Positions 47,461-61,209 of a stretch of DNA of 64,000 nt are shown here, in pieces. The stretch comes from Spizellomyces punctatus DAOM BR117 (Eukaryota). A model generated the notes under the pieces. It had not been told where the DNA came from. It made no database searches and worked only from the letters and a program-made list of their open reading frames with translations. Location of the stretch: NCBI GenBank assembly GCA_000182565.2, contig KQ257462.1. One strand, 5' to 3'. The position numbers and the translations under genes were made by a program. How positions within the stretch are numbered: position 1 is the stretch's first letter; each line of letters opens with the position of its first letter.

Positions 47461-50337
47461 ATGCCGGTAGCATCTTGCACCCTCTCTAGAGGGTCCTTGC
47501 AGCGGGTATGTATACCTTGACAATGATCTGCACTCTGGGAAACAGTTGACTTATATTTTTACCTTAGATCCTCCGCCGCAGTGCTCTTTCCCAATGCCGT
47601 CGTCGTTTGGCCACAACCGCTCCCGGTCTCGACCCTGTTACCCCACCCTACGAAAAGTTGCTCAAGAATTTGGAAATTGTGAAGCGCAACCTGGGTAACC
47701 GACCTTTGACTCTGGCTGAAAAGATTTTGTATTCGCATTTGTCGGAACCCGCTGGACCTGTTCCTGTGAAAGGGGAAAGTTACTTGAAGCTGTCACCTGG
47801 TGAGCAAATATGATGGTTGGGCTCGGGATGCAATATCCTCATGATTGGTTGTTGCTTTGTTCTAGATCGAGTGGCTATGCAAGGTTTGTTTGTCGAAAAT
47901 ATGTTGCATTCATGAACGTAGATACGGGAATGAACATGATATATATGTAGATGCCAGCGCTCAGATGGCCCTTCTTCAGTTTATGCTTGCGGGACGAAAA
48001 ACGACTGCTGGTACGTACACGCTAGATCCTGTTATGCGATGCAGGCTAATTTTGTCTTTGTGTTTGGTTAGTGCCGACGAGTATTCACTGCGATCATCTT
48101 ATTGAGGCCTTCCAAGGTGGAGACAAGGATGTGGATCGGTCATTAGTCACCAATAAAGAAATTTTTGATTTCCTTGATGCGGCTGCTGAAAAGTACGGCA
48201 TCAACTTTTGGAAGCCCGGAAGTGGTAAGATTAAGCCGCGAATCAAAGAGTGTAAAAAGGGGAGAAACTGACTTGTCACGATAGGTATCATCCACCAGAT
48301 CGTGCTGGAAAACTATGCCGCTCCCGGATCACTCATGTTGGGCACGGATTCGCACACTCCCAATGCTGGAGGTTTGGGGATGTTGGCCATTGGTGTGGGA
48401 GGAGCTGACGCTGTTGATGCTATGGCTGGGATTCCATGGGAGTTGAAAGCACCAAAAGTACTCGGTGTACGATTGACTGGCAAGCTGGATGGATGGGCGT
48501 CCCCGAAAGACGTGATACTGAAATTGGCCGGCTTGTTGACGGTTCAGGTGAGAATTCATAGCTTTGGGAGTGAAGCAAAGTGCGTTGGCTGATCTGGTTG
48601 TTCGGGCACCTTTAGGGAGGAACAAATCACATCATTGAATATTTCGGGCCCGGTACCGAGACTTTGAGTTGTACCGGTATGGCGACAATGTGTAATATGG
48701 GTGCCGAGGTATGCAGTGTCATATGCGCAGACGGTGAGATGATACTGATAGCGCACGACAGGTTGGCGCTACAACCTCCACGTTCCCCTACTCGGCGAGT
48801 ATGGCCCGGTACCTTCGAGCAACTCAACGTTCACATGTTGCAGATGCGGCAGATCGAGCAGCCGCAACCGGGTTCTTAAAGGCTGACAAGGGTGCCGAGT
48901 ATGACAATGTGATTGAGATTGATCTTTCAACCCTCGAACCGCATATTAATGGGCCCTTTACACCTGGTATGATTCAAAGTGTTGCCATAGATGATGATTT
49001 TCACGTGTACTGATCATATAATAGATGCTGCAACGCCCTTGTCGAAATTTAAGGACTTGGTGCAGAAGAATGGCTGGAAGGACGAGGTGAAGGTTGGGCT
49101 CATCGGATCATGCACGAACAGTTCCTACGAAGATATGTCACGTGCAGCATCTCTTGCGAAACAAGCGCTGGAGCACGGATTGAAGGCGAAATCTGGCTTC
49201 TTCATCACACCTGGTTCAGAGCAGATTCGTGCCACTGTGGAACGTGATGGTCAGACTGATGTGCTGTCGTCAGTTGGTGGGCAGGTCCTGGCCAATGCGT
49301 GTGGACCTTGTATTGGGCAGTGGAAGCGCACAGACCTGGAAAAGAACGAGGAAAATGCCATTCTTACGTCCTTTAACCGAAACTTTCGATCCCGTAACGA
49401 TGGATTTTCCAAAACCATGAACTTTCTTGCGTCACCTGAGATTGTCACTGCAATGGCCTTTGCTGGCCGGTTGAGCTTCAATCCGACCACAGATACCCTT
49501 CCCGGCAAGGACGGCAAACCATTCAAGTTTGAACCGCCACGAGGGGAGGATCTTCCTGAAACTGGATTCATTGCGGGACGCGAAAACTTTAAGCCACCAG
49601 CAAACCCAACTCCAAACCCTAATGTCGCAATTGAAGTTGACCCCAAATCCAGTCGGTTGCAGCTCTTGGACCCGTTCTCACCATGGGATGGACGCGAATT
49701 CAAAGACATGAAGGTGCTTGTCAAGGTGCAGGGCAAATGCACAACTGATCACATTAGCGCTGCTGGGCCATGGCTAAAGTACAAGGGACATCTTGAGAAC
49801 ATTGCCAACAACACTCTGATTGGTGCAACGAACGCGTTCAACGGCAAAGTGAACACGGTCTTGAATGAGCTAACAGGAGAGGAAGGAACTATCCCGGATG
49901 TTGCCCGCCATTACAAGGCAAATAATGTTCCATGGATTGTTATAGCTGATTCCAACTACGGCGAAGGATCCGCTCGGGAGCACGCCGCGCTCCAACCACG
50001 ATACCTCGGCTGCCGCGCCATCGTCTCCCGTTCCTTTGCACGTATTCACGAAACTAACCTGAAAAAACAAGGTGTACTTCCCTTGACTTTTGCCGATCCC
50101 GCCGACTGGGAGCGCATTCCGCAAGGTGCGACAATCTCAACAGAGGGCTTGGAGAATATTGCACCTGGGTCTCACGTCTCCCTAGTGGTGAGACCGCCTT
50201 CTGGAGAAGCCTTCCGGGTTCAGGTTAAGCACACGCTCAGTGACGATCAGGTGGAATGGTTCAAGGCTGGATCTGCTTTGAATAAGATTGCGGCGAGTCA
50301 GGGTGGTGATGCTGTTGAATCTAGAGCTTTCGCGTAG
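47461..50337 (+). CDS. ACO2: Mitochondrial aconitase family, Aco2/homocitrate dehydratase-like, multi-exon
   Basis: [75 protein letters not shown] (Aco2-type), [13 protein letters not shown]. Confidence 0.9.
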
Positions 50338-51711
50338 GGAGAAGTATGGTGTTGATTTTCTGGCGGTTTTGTTGATATTTTTCTTTTAGAACGAGTATGT
50401 AGTTTGGAGAAAGTCATGTTTTTTCTTTCACTGGTTGAAGGGCTGTCACTTGTCAATAGATTGCGCAAATGTGGGAGCAATTGGACAACCTATCACGTGA
50501 GAAGCTTATTTCCCTTTGGATTTCCACCCTTTGAGTTTGTCTTCTTTCTGCGTTCGGCCTCAGCTCTGTATTTTCGTTGAGAGCGCAACCTCTTTTGTTC
50601 TTGTATTGCACCAAGAAACGCACAATCCCCAGCAACATTTTTGGAATTTTGCCATTTGTTCATTTGTCAAGAAATGGGTAGGTAACCGACAACTGTCAAA
50701 CTCAACGCCAAAACCAAAACGAACTCTAAAAGCTGGCACGAAAAGCTCCTAAACCCGTAACAGATCGTATTTACGCACCTCCCCACTGGTCTACCACTGA
50801 CTTTGATCCCGGGAAGGAATCGTATCGCAAGCTATTGTACGTAAACTTTTAATTTGCATTATTCATGCCAAAGTGGGTTTATAACTAGATCTGCAAAAAC
50901 AGCCAAATAGCAGAAAAGACCCGTACATCTCTAGCATACCATAAAGCAACCCATGCGATCGAGATTGTTGGAATGAATGCTGATACTGTCCTTAATGCGT
51001 TGGTATCACTTGTCATTTAAACAAACATTAAAGAATTCTTTTCATGATTTGTCGAATCTCTTTTTCCAAAGGCGACAGCACCTTGAAAACATGTTGTCCC
51101 AAACCACTGTGAAGAATCCCCGGCAGTGGGCTCGACCTGAGAGGCCTGGCATATGGGGACAAAGGTATAGTAGCATTTCATCTTTTGTTGACGCTTTACG
51201 AGATGTTGATTGGTGTTTGGGTGCGCATTTATATATAGGCGAGACAAACTGTCTACGAAAACTCCTTGTGAGAGCGAATTAAGGAGGGAGCTGAAACTGA
51301 ATTCTGATAAACAGAACGTTGCGCTTTGATGGCGAGTTTTTTTGCTGAATGCACATGAATTGTCCGGTATAACTTGAAGCAGTAGTGGAGAAGTAAAGAG
51401 AATTGTAATGGCATTATTCTTTTTTTTGTGCATTAACCTTAATGGAATGAGGTTGCCGAATATTCCAAATGGGTTTGGGTTCTTTGGGTTTTATTATGAA
51501 CCCTACTAGTTGGCATTCTTTGCGAGATCCAAGACCAAATGTCGCCAACGGAGGCAAACACATTAAAGGGTGGTAATTCCATCTGGAAGAACACACAAAA
51601 CTCTATACGAATTCTTGTGTGCGGGAAGGGGGACGACGACGACGCAAGTGCGGAGAGTTGCCCTTTTTTCCATTGTCATCAGAGGAAAAACATGATCGGT
51701 ACAAAATCCTT

Positions 51712-51729
51712 CCCCCCCCCCCCCCCCCC
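51712..51729 (+). repeat. Poly-C homopolymer tract
   Basis: Run of about 18 C in the intergenic region upstream of SKT5. Confidence 0.8.
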
Positions 51730-52382
51730 AACCTGCCCTCCTCCCTTTTGATCCTTTTGATGATGCCCTTTCATCATCCCTCCCATTTGCCAAACATCAT
51801 CCACCTAGTTTGCTCAAACCCAAACCGCAAAGCATTGAGGGATGAAAGAGAGTGTTGCTGTGTTAAATTAAACTCCAAAAAGCTCCTTTGGACAAAAGGG
51901 ATAACAACTCACTGATGAGGGCGGCTGTGTAGAGAAAGCCAAAAGGACACGCGTGTGTTCGCAACCGGGTTTCATCGCATTTTTCAGACCCACTGCAAAA
52001 GGTGTGAAATGGGGATGCATTGAACTAATGACATTTTCACCCCTTTCGACACTTTTATTTTGAACGTTGAACTGCTTAAGCGAAAAGGAAAACTGTCGCC
52101 CAGTTTTCTGTTTCCGGTCAGGTTGACTGTTGCCGCGTCCGAATCGCTAGGCGGTTTTTGTTTCGTCTTTCGAGTTTTGTGGGGGGGAACTCTGTCAACA
52201 AAACCTGCATTGGCATTTTCGTGCAGGATAGGACCGGGATCCGATACGAAGGGTGCCTCTCCCGATCGTCCTTTTCCCTCTTTCGCTCTCTTCCCAGTGT
52301 GTGTGCGTTGGTTTGCCCATTCCTTTGTGTCATTTGACATTCCCCACAACGCCACTTGTTTTACGTCCTCAAGATTTTCCTC

Positions 52383-54932
52383 ATGACGGAAGCAAGTCCG
52401 ACGCAAGCTGATCCACCTTCAGCGGCAGATATAGACTCCTCCTTTGCCTCTCTTTCGATTACGAACGGTGAGAGAGACCCAAGTTTGGCACCTCCCGCGA
52501 ATGGATCTCTGCGTCGCAAAAGTGCGGAAGAACGGTCGAGTCTGAATGGAATTGCAAATGGCGATGGCCAGGGGAGAAGGGCGAGTGCACCGACTGCAGA
52601 AGGAAGACGGTCTTCGAATGGATCGGTCCAAGGCGCATATGCTACGTTGCATTCTCAAGAGCAGATGAATGGGTATGCTGTTCACGGTCATGACACAGTG
52701 GATGCAAGGTAGTGTCTTTTTCGTTTTGAAGGTCTTGAAAACACAAGACAGAGATTTTGGTTCCTTACTTTGAACTACTTTGGCTGTTCTAGATATATAC
52801 ACCCTCCTCCACCTAGCCCTTACCCACGACCCATGGCATTCGACTACCGCGGATATCCGCCACCGGGACCGTATGGCCATGGGCACCCTCCCGCTCCAAC
52901 GATGGGACATTACGGTCCACCAATGTATCCCACCTTTAGCCGTCCATACCCTCTACCCCAGCGCTACGGGCCTGGCGGACCTCCTCCCCCCCACCATCAA
53001 TATTACCCGCGACCAATACGTGCGCCGTTGAATCCATATGGCCGGCCTCCACTCATACCTCCAGCGAATGGGTTCGTAGTCAATGGGTATCATCCTATGC
53101 CAAATGGATATGCACCGTTCCCACCTCCTCCTCCAGAAGAGGATAATGGGAGCAGTCGAGGGAGTGTTCAAGAAGGGAGTGAAGGAAGTGGTGAACCGCG
53201 TTGGGAGGGGGAGAGGAGAGCGAGTGAAACGGAATCTGTCGGGGGAGCGAGTCGAAAATCCAGTGAAACCGGCTCAGGCATAGAAGACCCATCCGTAAAC
53301 GATGCTCCTAGAAATTCCATCAATGGAATGGCTACCCCTGGTCCCGACACATCTACTCAAAGTATCCCGCCTCCTCCACCGGGTGCTATGCCCATGATGG
53401 TAGCACCGGGAATGGGACATGGTGGAGTCATTCCCATGTTTGCTCCTGGGCCATATCCTGTCCACCAGTCATTTACACCCCCAATGCGTCCACGGTCGGA
53501 CCCAGATAATATGTCCTTCCGATCTATGACGAGTGTCAATACAACACAAACGACTCCGTCAGTGCGAAGTGCGATTTTGTCGCAAGGCGAGTCGTTGGAA
53601 GTGTACAGGCAGACTGCTAAACGAAGCAATGATCCACAAGTGCAGCTGGACTTTGCAAAACATTTGATCGCCACCGGAGAAGGTGAGTAGGGAAGCAATG
53701 ACTTGAAAGACTGGCCATCTTAACGAATCCTTCGTGTTATTTGTTCAGGTATAGACTTGGATCAGGGGGATCCAAAAAAACAAAAGAAAACCCAAGAAGC
53801 TCTGTTTCAGGAAGCATTAAAGTGGATTAAAAAGTTGGCAACCAACGGTGGGATAGGTATGTTCCCATTCTTGATTGTTGAATGGCATTTCTCTTATTCA
53901 TCAAAAATATATCATCAGGGAAATCTGCTTTTCCGGACGCACAATTCTTCCTCGCGGAATGTTATGGAAATGGGTCTCTCCATCTCCCAGTTGACCACGA
54001 TCGCGCGTTCAGTCTCTACGTCCAAGCCTCGAAACAAGCACACCCAGCCGCCACATACCGCACCGCCGTCTGCTACGAAGTTGGAGCCGGTACGAAACGC
54101 GATTCCGGCCGTGCCATGCAATTCTATCGGAAAGCGGCTGCACTGGGGGATACTGCTGCCATGTACAAGCTGGGTATGATTTTAATGAACGGGCTTTTGG
54201 GACAGGGCCGAAATCCGCGGGAAGGTGTGACTTGGTTGAAAAGGGCTGCTGCCCAGGCTGATGAGTCGACGCCGCATGCGCTGCATGAGCTGGCGCTATT
54301 GTACGAAGGGAGTGGAACGGAGAGTGCAGGGAGTGTTGTTATTCCTGTAAGTTTATAATCCTTAAGAGCATACCTCAAGGTCTGATAACTCACTCATTTA
54401 TATTAACCGACAGGACCCAGCTCACGCCCACGAACTCTACCTCCGCGCTGCCCAACTTGGCTATGCCCCCTCCCAGCACAAACTCGGTTACTGTTACGAA
54501 TACGGCCTTCTTAACCTTCCCGTCGACCCTCGCCGTAGTATTGCCTGGTACACCCGCGCCGCCGAACAGCAGGAACCTGAAGCAGAACTTTCCCTCTCGG
54601 GATGGTATCTTACAGGAGCAGAAGGTGTTCTTCGACAATCTGACACTGAAGCGTACCTCTGGGCACGTAAAGCCGCCGACAAGGGCCTGGCAAAAGCGGA
54701 ATATGCTGTAGGTTATTATTCAGAACATGGTGTGGGTGTTCGACCGGATTTGGAAGAAGCGAGACGGTGGTACCTCCGTGCGGCTGCCCAAGGACATAAA
54801 CGATCGATACAAAAAGTCAAAGAGTTGAAGGGTGTTCTGTATGGGGGTGCGGGAACTAGGGCTGGTAGTGAACGGGCGGGTGAGTGGAGAAAGAAGGGTG
54901 AGGCAAAGGATGGGGACTGTGTGGTCATGTAG
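52383..54932 (+). CDS. SKT5: SEL1-repeat chitin synthase activator (Chs4/Skt5-like)
   Basis: Pro-rich N-terminus; DPQVQLDFAKHLI, EALKWIKKLA, AQFFLAECY, FYRKAAALGDTAAMYKLG, EAELSLSGWYLTGAEGVL, AEYAVGYY. Confidence 0.9.
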
Positions 54933-55225
54933 TCTGTGTGTGTGTGTGTGTGGATGGAGCATGGTAACTTTATGTGTATAGTCTCATAGGAAGGAAATGA
55001 TGTGCAATGATAGGTCATCTCATCATTTTTTCGTTCCTGCTCTCCCCCAGTACTTTACAATCTGTGGAAGCAGGAACGTTTGACGTTTGATCTTTATGTG
55101 AATACAATCAACTGCAATACTTCATTATTATCTGTTATTGATGGCCTGGTAGAGTATTGGCGTCGCCTCATCTTACCGGCACGAAATTAAAAAAATATCC
55201 ATTCAAAATACACTATATGTCATCA

Positions 55226-56881
55226 TCATCTTAACCACCAAATCCACTTCATTGCCAAACTAACGCATCCCCCAACAAGTCCGGCTACACCGACAATGGC
55301 AAAAACTCCCCAGGAAATCCCTCTCTCAACACCGGCTTCCCACGCCCAACCCGCAAACGCCGGTCCAATCGTCTTCATTGCACTTCCCAAGCATCCTGCA
55401 ACACCATGGACAAGTCCAAAATACTCTCTCCCCACCGAATTTGTCAGCAACATGATAGAAGACAAGTAACACAATCCCTCCCCAATGCCAACCAAAATCG
55501 TCGCAACGTATATGCTCGGCCACATGTAAGTGTGTCCAAAGACTGGTGCTACAAACGCCGCGGGAACAATCAAGGTTGCTCCGAGAGCATATGAAGTCGT
55601 CGTTCCGAGTCGTTGATGAATCGGGTAATACGATGCCTTTGTAATTAGTTTCGCGATACTTAAAAGCGTAAGGGCCAAGGAAGTGGATTTGGGTGGAAGA
55701 CCAAACCCATTCCGGGATACGGGAGCCGAGGCGAGTAGGGGCAGGGCGGTATGAAAGAGAGTGTGGGTGAGCTTATAGAGTGCAAATAGGAGAATAGGTG
55801 CAAGTGTGCGTGGGGTCAGGAGGGTTTTGTATGGACCAAGAAAGCGTAGAAGACGATTAGGACGTGTTTTAATGGGTGATTCTAGTTCCTCTAATAGTTC
55901 TTCATCTGTATTCTGTCGCCGCACAGGAGCTCTCTGAGAAATTTCCATTTCCACATCCTCGGTGGATGTGTGGACGGCCTTGTACGGCCTTGGTGACTTT
56001 ATGAGCCATTTGAGGGTAACAAACACGCCCAAACAAGCCAATAGGGTCCCAAACGAGCATGCGACAAAGTATGGACGCTTCTTCAAGAATTGTACGCCAT
56101 CAAAGAGGGCGGGATCAGCTAGGAACCCTCCGACGAGAGTCCCACTTATCCCCGCCGCACTGAAAACGACGCCGTATGCGCTGTACGCCCAGGCTCTGGA
56201 TGAATCGTCATGGGTAATCTCTCCAATCATGCCTTTGGCAACGACAGAATTGGAGGAGAAGAACCCTGTTAGGCACAACGAAACAACCGCAAGCCAGTAG
56301 TCGGTACTGAGGCCCAGGAATAATGTTCCTATACCGTACCTGGAAGAATACACCAATGTAATAAGCATGCCTTTCCCGAATCACCTTACAACGGGTATAA
56401 CTCGCCACGCACCCAATAAGACCACCCAGGAGGACTGGTGGGCGGCCGACAGCATCTGACAAATGTCCCCAAACAGCGTCCATGAAAGTTGTCGGAAATG
56501 CGTAGGCGGATTGCAGCAGCCCGGCATAGTAACCCGTCCTATTACTCTGTTCTGGAGGAAGGAGGGATCTGGTCATGTAGGGATATAGCTACATAGGCAA
56601 AGTTAAGCGAAATATTGTAGATCTACATATAACACACAGTACTTTACCGGAGTCAACATGTGGTGTATGAGAATCTCGGGAAGGACTGTAACAAGGAGGA
56701 GAAGAGTTTGACGGACGGGAAGGGAGGACGGTGGACGGAGGATAGAGACTCCCGGCGACTGTTTGGCCTGCGGGTACATATCGCCGACCAGCGAGGACGA
56801 CGAGTTCTCAGGATCGAACATTGCCATTTCGTCCTCCAGGTCAGAGTCCACAGACGAACGGGAGGGACGCGGAGGTGTCAT
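55226..56881 (-). CDS. MFS transporter (ZIFL/YCR023C/DHA1-like)
   Basis: GYYAGLLQSAY, WGHLSDAVGRPPVLLGGL (motif A), GTLVGGFLADP, KTIGPAFAG; multiple TM segments. Confidence 0.88.
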
Positions 56882-57198
56882 CACTATGGTTGCTGTCGCT
56901 GTGGGGCTGGTGGTGGTGGTGGGGATGCGGGGGATCGAGCCATTGAGTTTCTGCCCAATGGGCGCTAAAAGGGAAAACAAACCAAAACTCGAGCGGCGAA
57001 ATCGTCGCGCGAAACGCGTGATTCAGCAACCGGGCAAAGTCCGTCGAAGAGTTTCTTCCAAAGCTGTTTTTATTTGATCTACATTTAGTTTGCTGCTTCG
57101 TATTTGGGAACTTGCCTCAAGCTGCAGCGAACAAAAAGGACTTTTGGCAAAAAAGTGGTTGAGGGTTTTTGGGGCAAAAAGGAGATCCACTACGAAAA

Positions 57199-60100
57199 AT
57201 GACCTCAGGTCTGCTGTCGCGTTTGTGGATTTGAACCATTGTCGCTCTAGTTTTTCATACTGACAATGCCTGTTGACAGTCGACGCTCTAGCAAGCACGT
57301 TCCAAAAAGTGCTGCAGATATCTGAAAGCGGACATGTAGAACAGCTCATGCAAGCCCTTCCAGACCTCATCCCACACGATGGTAAATCTTGACATTGTAT
57401 AAACTTGTTTGAACCCATCTTGTTGACATGAGAAACATACAGACGATACACGCGCATTCCTCGCAGAACGAGAGGACATTATCTCATTCCTCCAACGCTT
57501 GTTGGATACAGCCGCAACAAACTCCAACACAGCTGACGTGCCAAAGTACAAAAAGCTCGGTGCGGTGGTGGCGCAATTGATTGCCGAAGCGGCCAAAGTA
57601 GGTAAGAAAATAAGAATTCGATACTGAGGTACATCACTCTAGTAGTATGCTCAATGCCATGTCTTAGAGGACACGCGCGACCCAATTGCCGACGCTGGGA
57701 CCATCCCCACACTCATACAGTTGTTAAAGATTGGCAACGCGCCCATGGGAAAGGGCGTGCAAGGGGATACCCTGGACGATGACCTTGTTGTACAGTCTTT
57801 GAGAGCCTTGGCGAATCTATGCTACGACCATGGTATGTTACCGCGCGAACCGTAGCAGTGGATCAGCACGGAGTTGACAGGCGTGTGGAAGATGGAAATA
57901 GAGAACGGGTCCTGGAAGTCCAAGATGGCATTCCTGAAATTGTAGCTTGTCTCAATTCACCGAGCAAACGTGTGATGATTACAACCTGTGGAGCTTTGAC
58001 AAATATCACTATGGACAATGGTACGATAGCTGCTCTCGACGTATTTGATCGAATATTGATAACCTCCCTCACATTATTTTCGTTTCAATCAGAACCTGTT
58101 CAGATTGAAGCACTGAATGCCCATGTCCTTTCACCGCTGCTCAAAGCACTTCAAGGGAACATAGATGAGCCGTTTGAGCAAGGTGTCAAAGGCGCGGTGA
58201 GCACCGCGGTTATTCGCGTTATGAGTAATTTGTTGGAGACAGGCGAGTTTTTCTACTGCGAGTGATCAAGTTTGATTCGGACAGAATCCCTAACTCTTCT
58301 ACATAGAAACGGGTATTCAAGAACTACTGGCAGCGGACGGACTGTCCCTTCTCCTCCGATTGTTGAAGTACAAACACGACAAGGTTTTGCATCACACCAG
58401 CGCAGGGACACGATACGAGAGCGCTGTGGAGGTCTTGGACGCTTTGACGACAGTTTTGGAATCCATCGGCGAGAATGGTGCGATTCTCACAAGTTCGCAT
58501 TGTGATTGTTTGTCTAATCGCCCATTGCTCGACATTTAGACACCATTCAACGTGCGATTGTTTCTCAGGACTTGCTTGACATCCTTTTGGACTTTGTTGA
58601 TCGACGTCCGGAAGGCGTTGCAGTAGCCAAGACTGGGGAGGATCTTGCCACCTATACCGAGATACGGAAGACTGTTTCTCGAATTGTAACATTGGTTACA
58701 ATGAATGGTTGTTGAGCACTTTAGCGATGCTGACGACCAGATTGCTGATGATTCAAAACATTAATTATAGATGCAAACATGGTGGATCTACCCAAAAAGC
58801 GTGAAATTATCGACCGATTCAAACAGTGGATGACGAACGGGTTTGCACCGTTGGATACGGCAGAAGAAGACGAAATTAGAATGTCCGGAGCGCTTTGTAT
58901 TGGGAATTTGGCACGAAGCGGTATGGACGTGCTCGTGAGGTGCTGGGATTATCAGTTCATAAACTCTTTTGTCTAGATGAGACATGTGTGTCCTTGGTCC
59001 AAGAACATGATGTGGCACGGGCTCTTTTGAACCTACTTGCTTTGGAAGTGTCGAGGGTGAAGCAGTCGGGAACTGAGCTGAAAAGCACTGTCAAGGTCCT
59101 GCATGCGGTGATGGGATCTTTGAAAAACCTCTCCTTGGCTGGTAAGATGCCTATCCGCGGTCTCCGTAAGCATGCCATTGAATTGACGGTTTGGAAATTC
59201 AGCCGCCAATCGACCAATCATGGGAGCTATGGGTGTCATTCCTAAAGTCGCGGATCTATTGGAGATACCGAATATCAAACCTGTTCAATATGGCGCTACT
59301 GGGGTACTGAAGAATCTGTGTTCCGGAGATAACGGTACGTTATAACACGCGTGTGCCGGAGTTTCACTCCATTATTAACTGCTTGGAGGCAGAGGCCAAT
59401 GTATACCGTATCATTTCTGGTCAGGAACCACCAGGAGGAATCAATCTTTCGCAATGCAGCGTGCCATCAGCAGGACCGAAAACTCCGCTGGGAAAGGTAA
59501 TCACCCTGGTTTGGACGGCGACGGGGGACAATGATACCGGAATCAGGAACGAGGGGGGACGACTTTTGGTCAATCTCATTCGAGCTTGTCATCGGGGCCG
59601 CGGTGGGTACTGGATCCTTGTCGGCCCTTGGGTCAGTACTTACAACAATTTCTCATAGCACCCCACCTTCTCAAGACAATTGTGGACGCCAACGCAATCC
59701 CACCCTTGATCCAAATCATTACTGGAGCACTCTTGACCAGATCGCGTACGTCATCCGACGAAGGCACCGACGTCCCTGAAGATGAACACCATGTGCATTT
59801 TGATGCTATGCCTTTGGAGGGTCAAGTATTTCCCATGGTGCAGAATGAGGGCATTGTGGCGCTGATCCTTGTTGCGGATGGTGAGAGAAAGACGCTTACA
59901 TTAATTCTATCTGACGGTTATTGATATTCGACTTGGCTGTAGCGTACCCGGAAGCAATACCGCGCATCACACGGTACTCTGCATCCCTAATACCAACATT
60001 GATCGACATCCTCAGGAGTGGAATCCAAGGAATTGAGACAGCAAAGGATGCACAGGAATATGAGTACGCGGATGAAGCGAAAGCCAACGTTTGCGTATTG

Positions 60101-60488
60101 CTGCAATCGCTCATCAGTCGTGATGGTATGTTCATTTCGTGCATTCTCATAGACCATGCATCGTACTCAAACTTGTAAACTCTCATGCACAGATGACTTT
60201 GCGAAACGCCTTCAACAAACCGCACTTAAAGAAATTCTTACAAGCCTTCACAAATCGAGTAAAGCCCATCCTTCCGTCCCCCACCCCGCACCTCCCACCC
60301 TCCCAGCCCACCCGCGCTCCCCACCTATGGACATTGGGCGAACAGGAACAAAATCTGCCAGAAATCTGGCAAGCCAAGGCCCTACGCGCAGTGAATTGCT
60401 TGCGAGCTTTGGGAGTGGACGACAGGTTGCTGTTGACGAGGGATTAGGGTTGCGGGAGGCAGTAGGGAACTTGCTGTTGGGTCTTTGA
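57199..60488 (+). CDS. RAP1GDS1: ARM-repeat small-GTPase chaperone/GEF SmgGDS (RAP1GDS1/Bem4-like), multi-exon
   Basis: AQLIAEAAK, QSLRALANLCYD, GALTNITMDN, SGALCIGNLARSDETC, HAVMGSLKNLSL, EGGRLLVNLIR, MVQNEGIVAL. Confidence 0.82.
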
Positions 60489-61209
60489 GGATTTTTGAAT
60501 GGGCGGTTTTTTCTTTTGTTTTGCTTATTTTGTTTGTTGTGCTGCTGATTTATTTCAATGGAATTTGAATAGGATGATGATGCTGATAGCACTTTTTGTA
60601 AAGGGAGAATGATGAAGACAAGCAAATATCTGTCGCAAAGGATGCTTGTAATCACGTGATATTACAGTTTCCCAAAAATCTGCTAGGTGGTCGTTTTCCA
60701 TTTCTGCCATCGCTGTACCATCTCCATCCTTTCCTTTGAGCAAATCGGCCCATAGGCGACCCATCGTACGTTCTTTCTCAAAGGAACATGGTGGGGTGCG
60801 GTGCATCGTACCGGCGCATGTTACGCGGACTGAATTATATACCAGTGATTTATGAACAACGTAACCTCCGTTCTAATAGCCAGCCCGACCGATTCCGTGT
60901 CAGACTGGTTACAACACGGAGAATATAGAGTGTCCTTGTAGAATTGTGATTTATTCCAGGATGACTTGCTTTGGTAGTTGCCTTGGTGGTTTCTTATAAG
61001 GTCACATCTAACATGGTGGATAAAATACCCAATGGGGTTGAGGTATCTGATAATGTAAATAGGAAAAAAAAACCCGGTAAAGACAGTCTTCTATGCCACT
61101 TCGCCACTAAATAATCATTTACAAATGATGGTCCAAGACACAATGGCCAATCTGACAAACACCAAGCCAGCAAAAAAAAGACAAATGACCAGTAAAAACG
61201 AACATTTGT

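Noticed and set aside
50400-52380. 2-kb intergenic region with short ORFs
   Set aside because: No coding or ncRNA signature recognised; likely UTR or promoter of SKT5.
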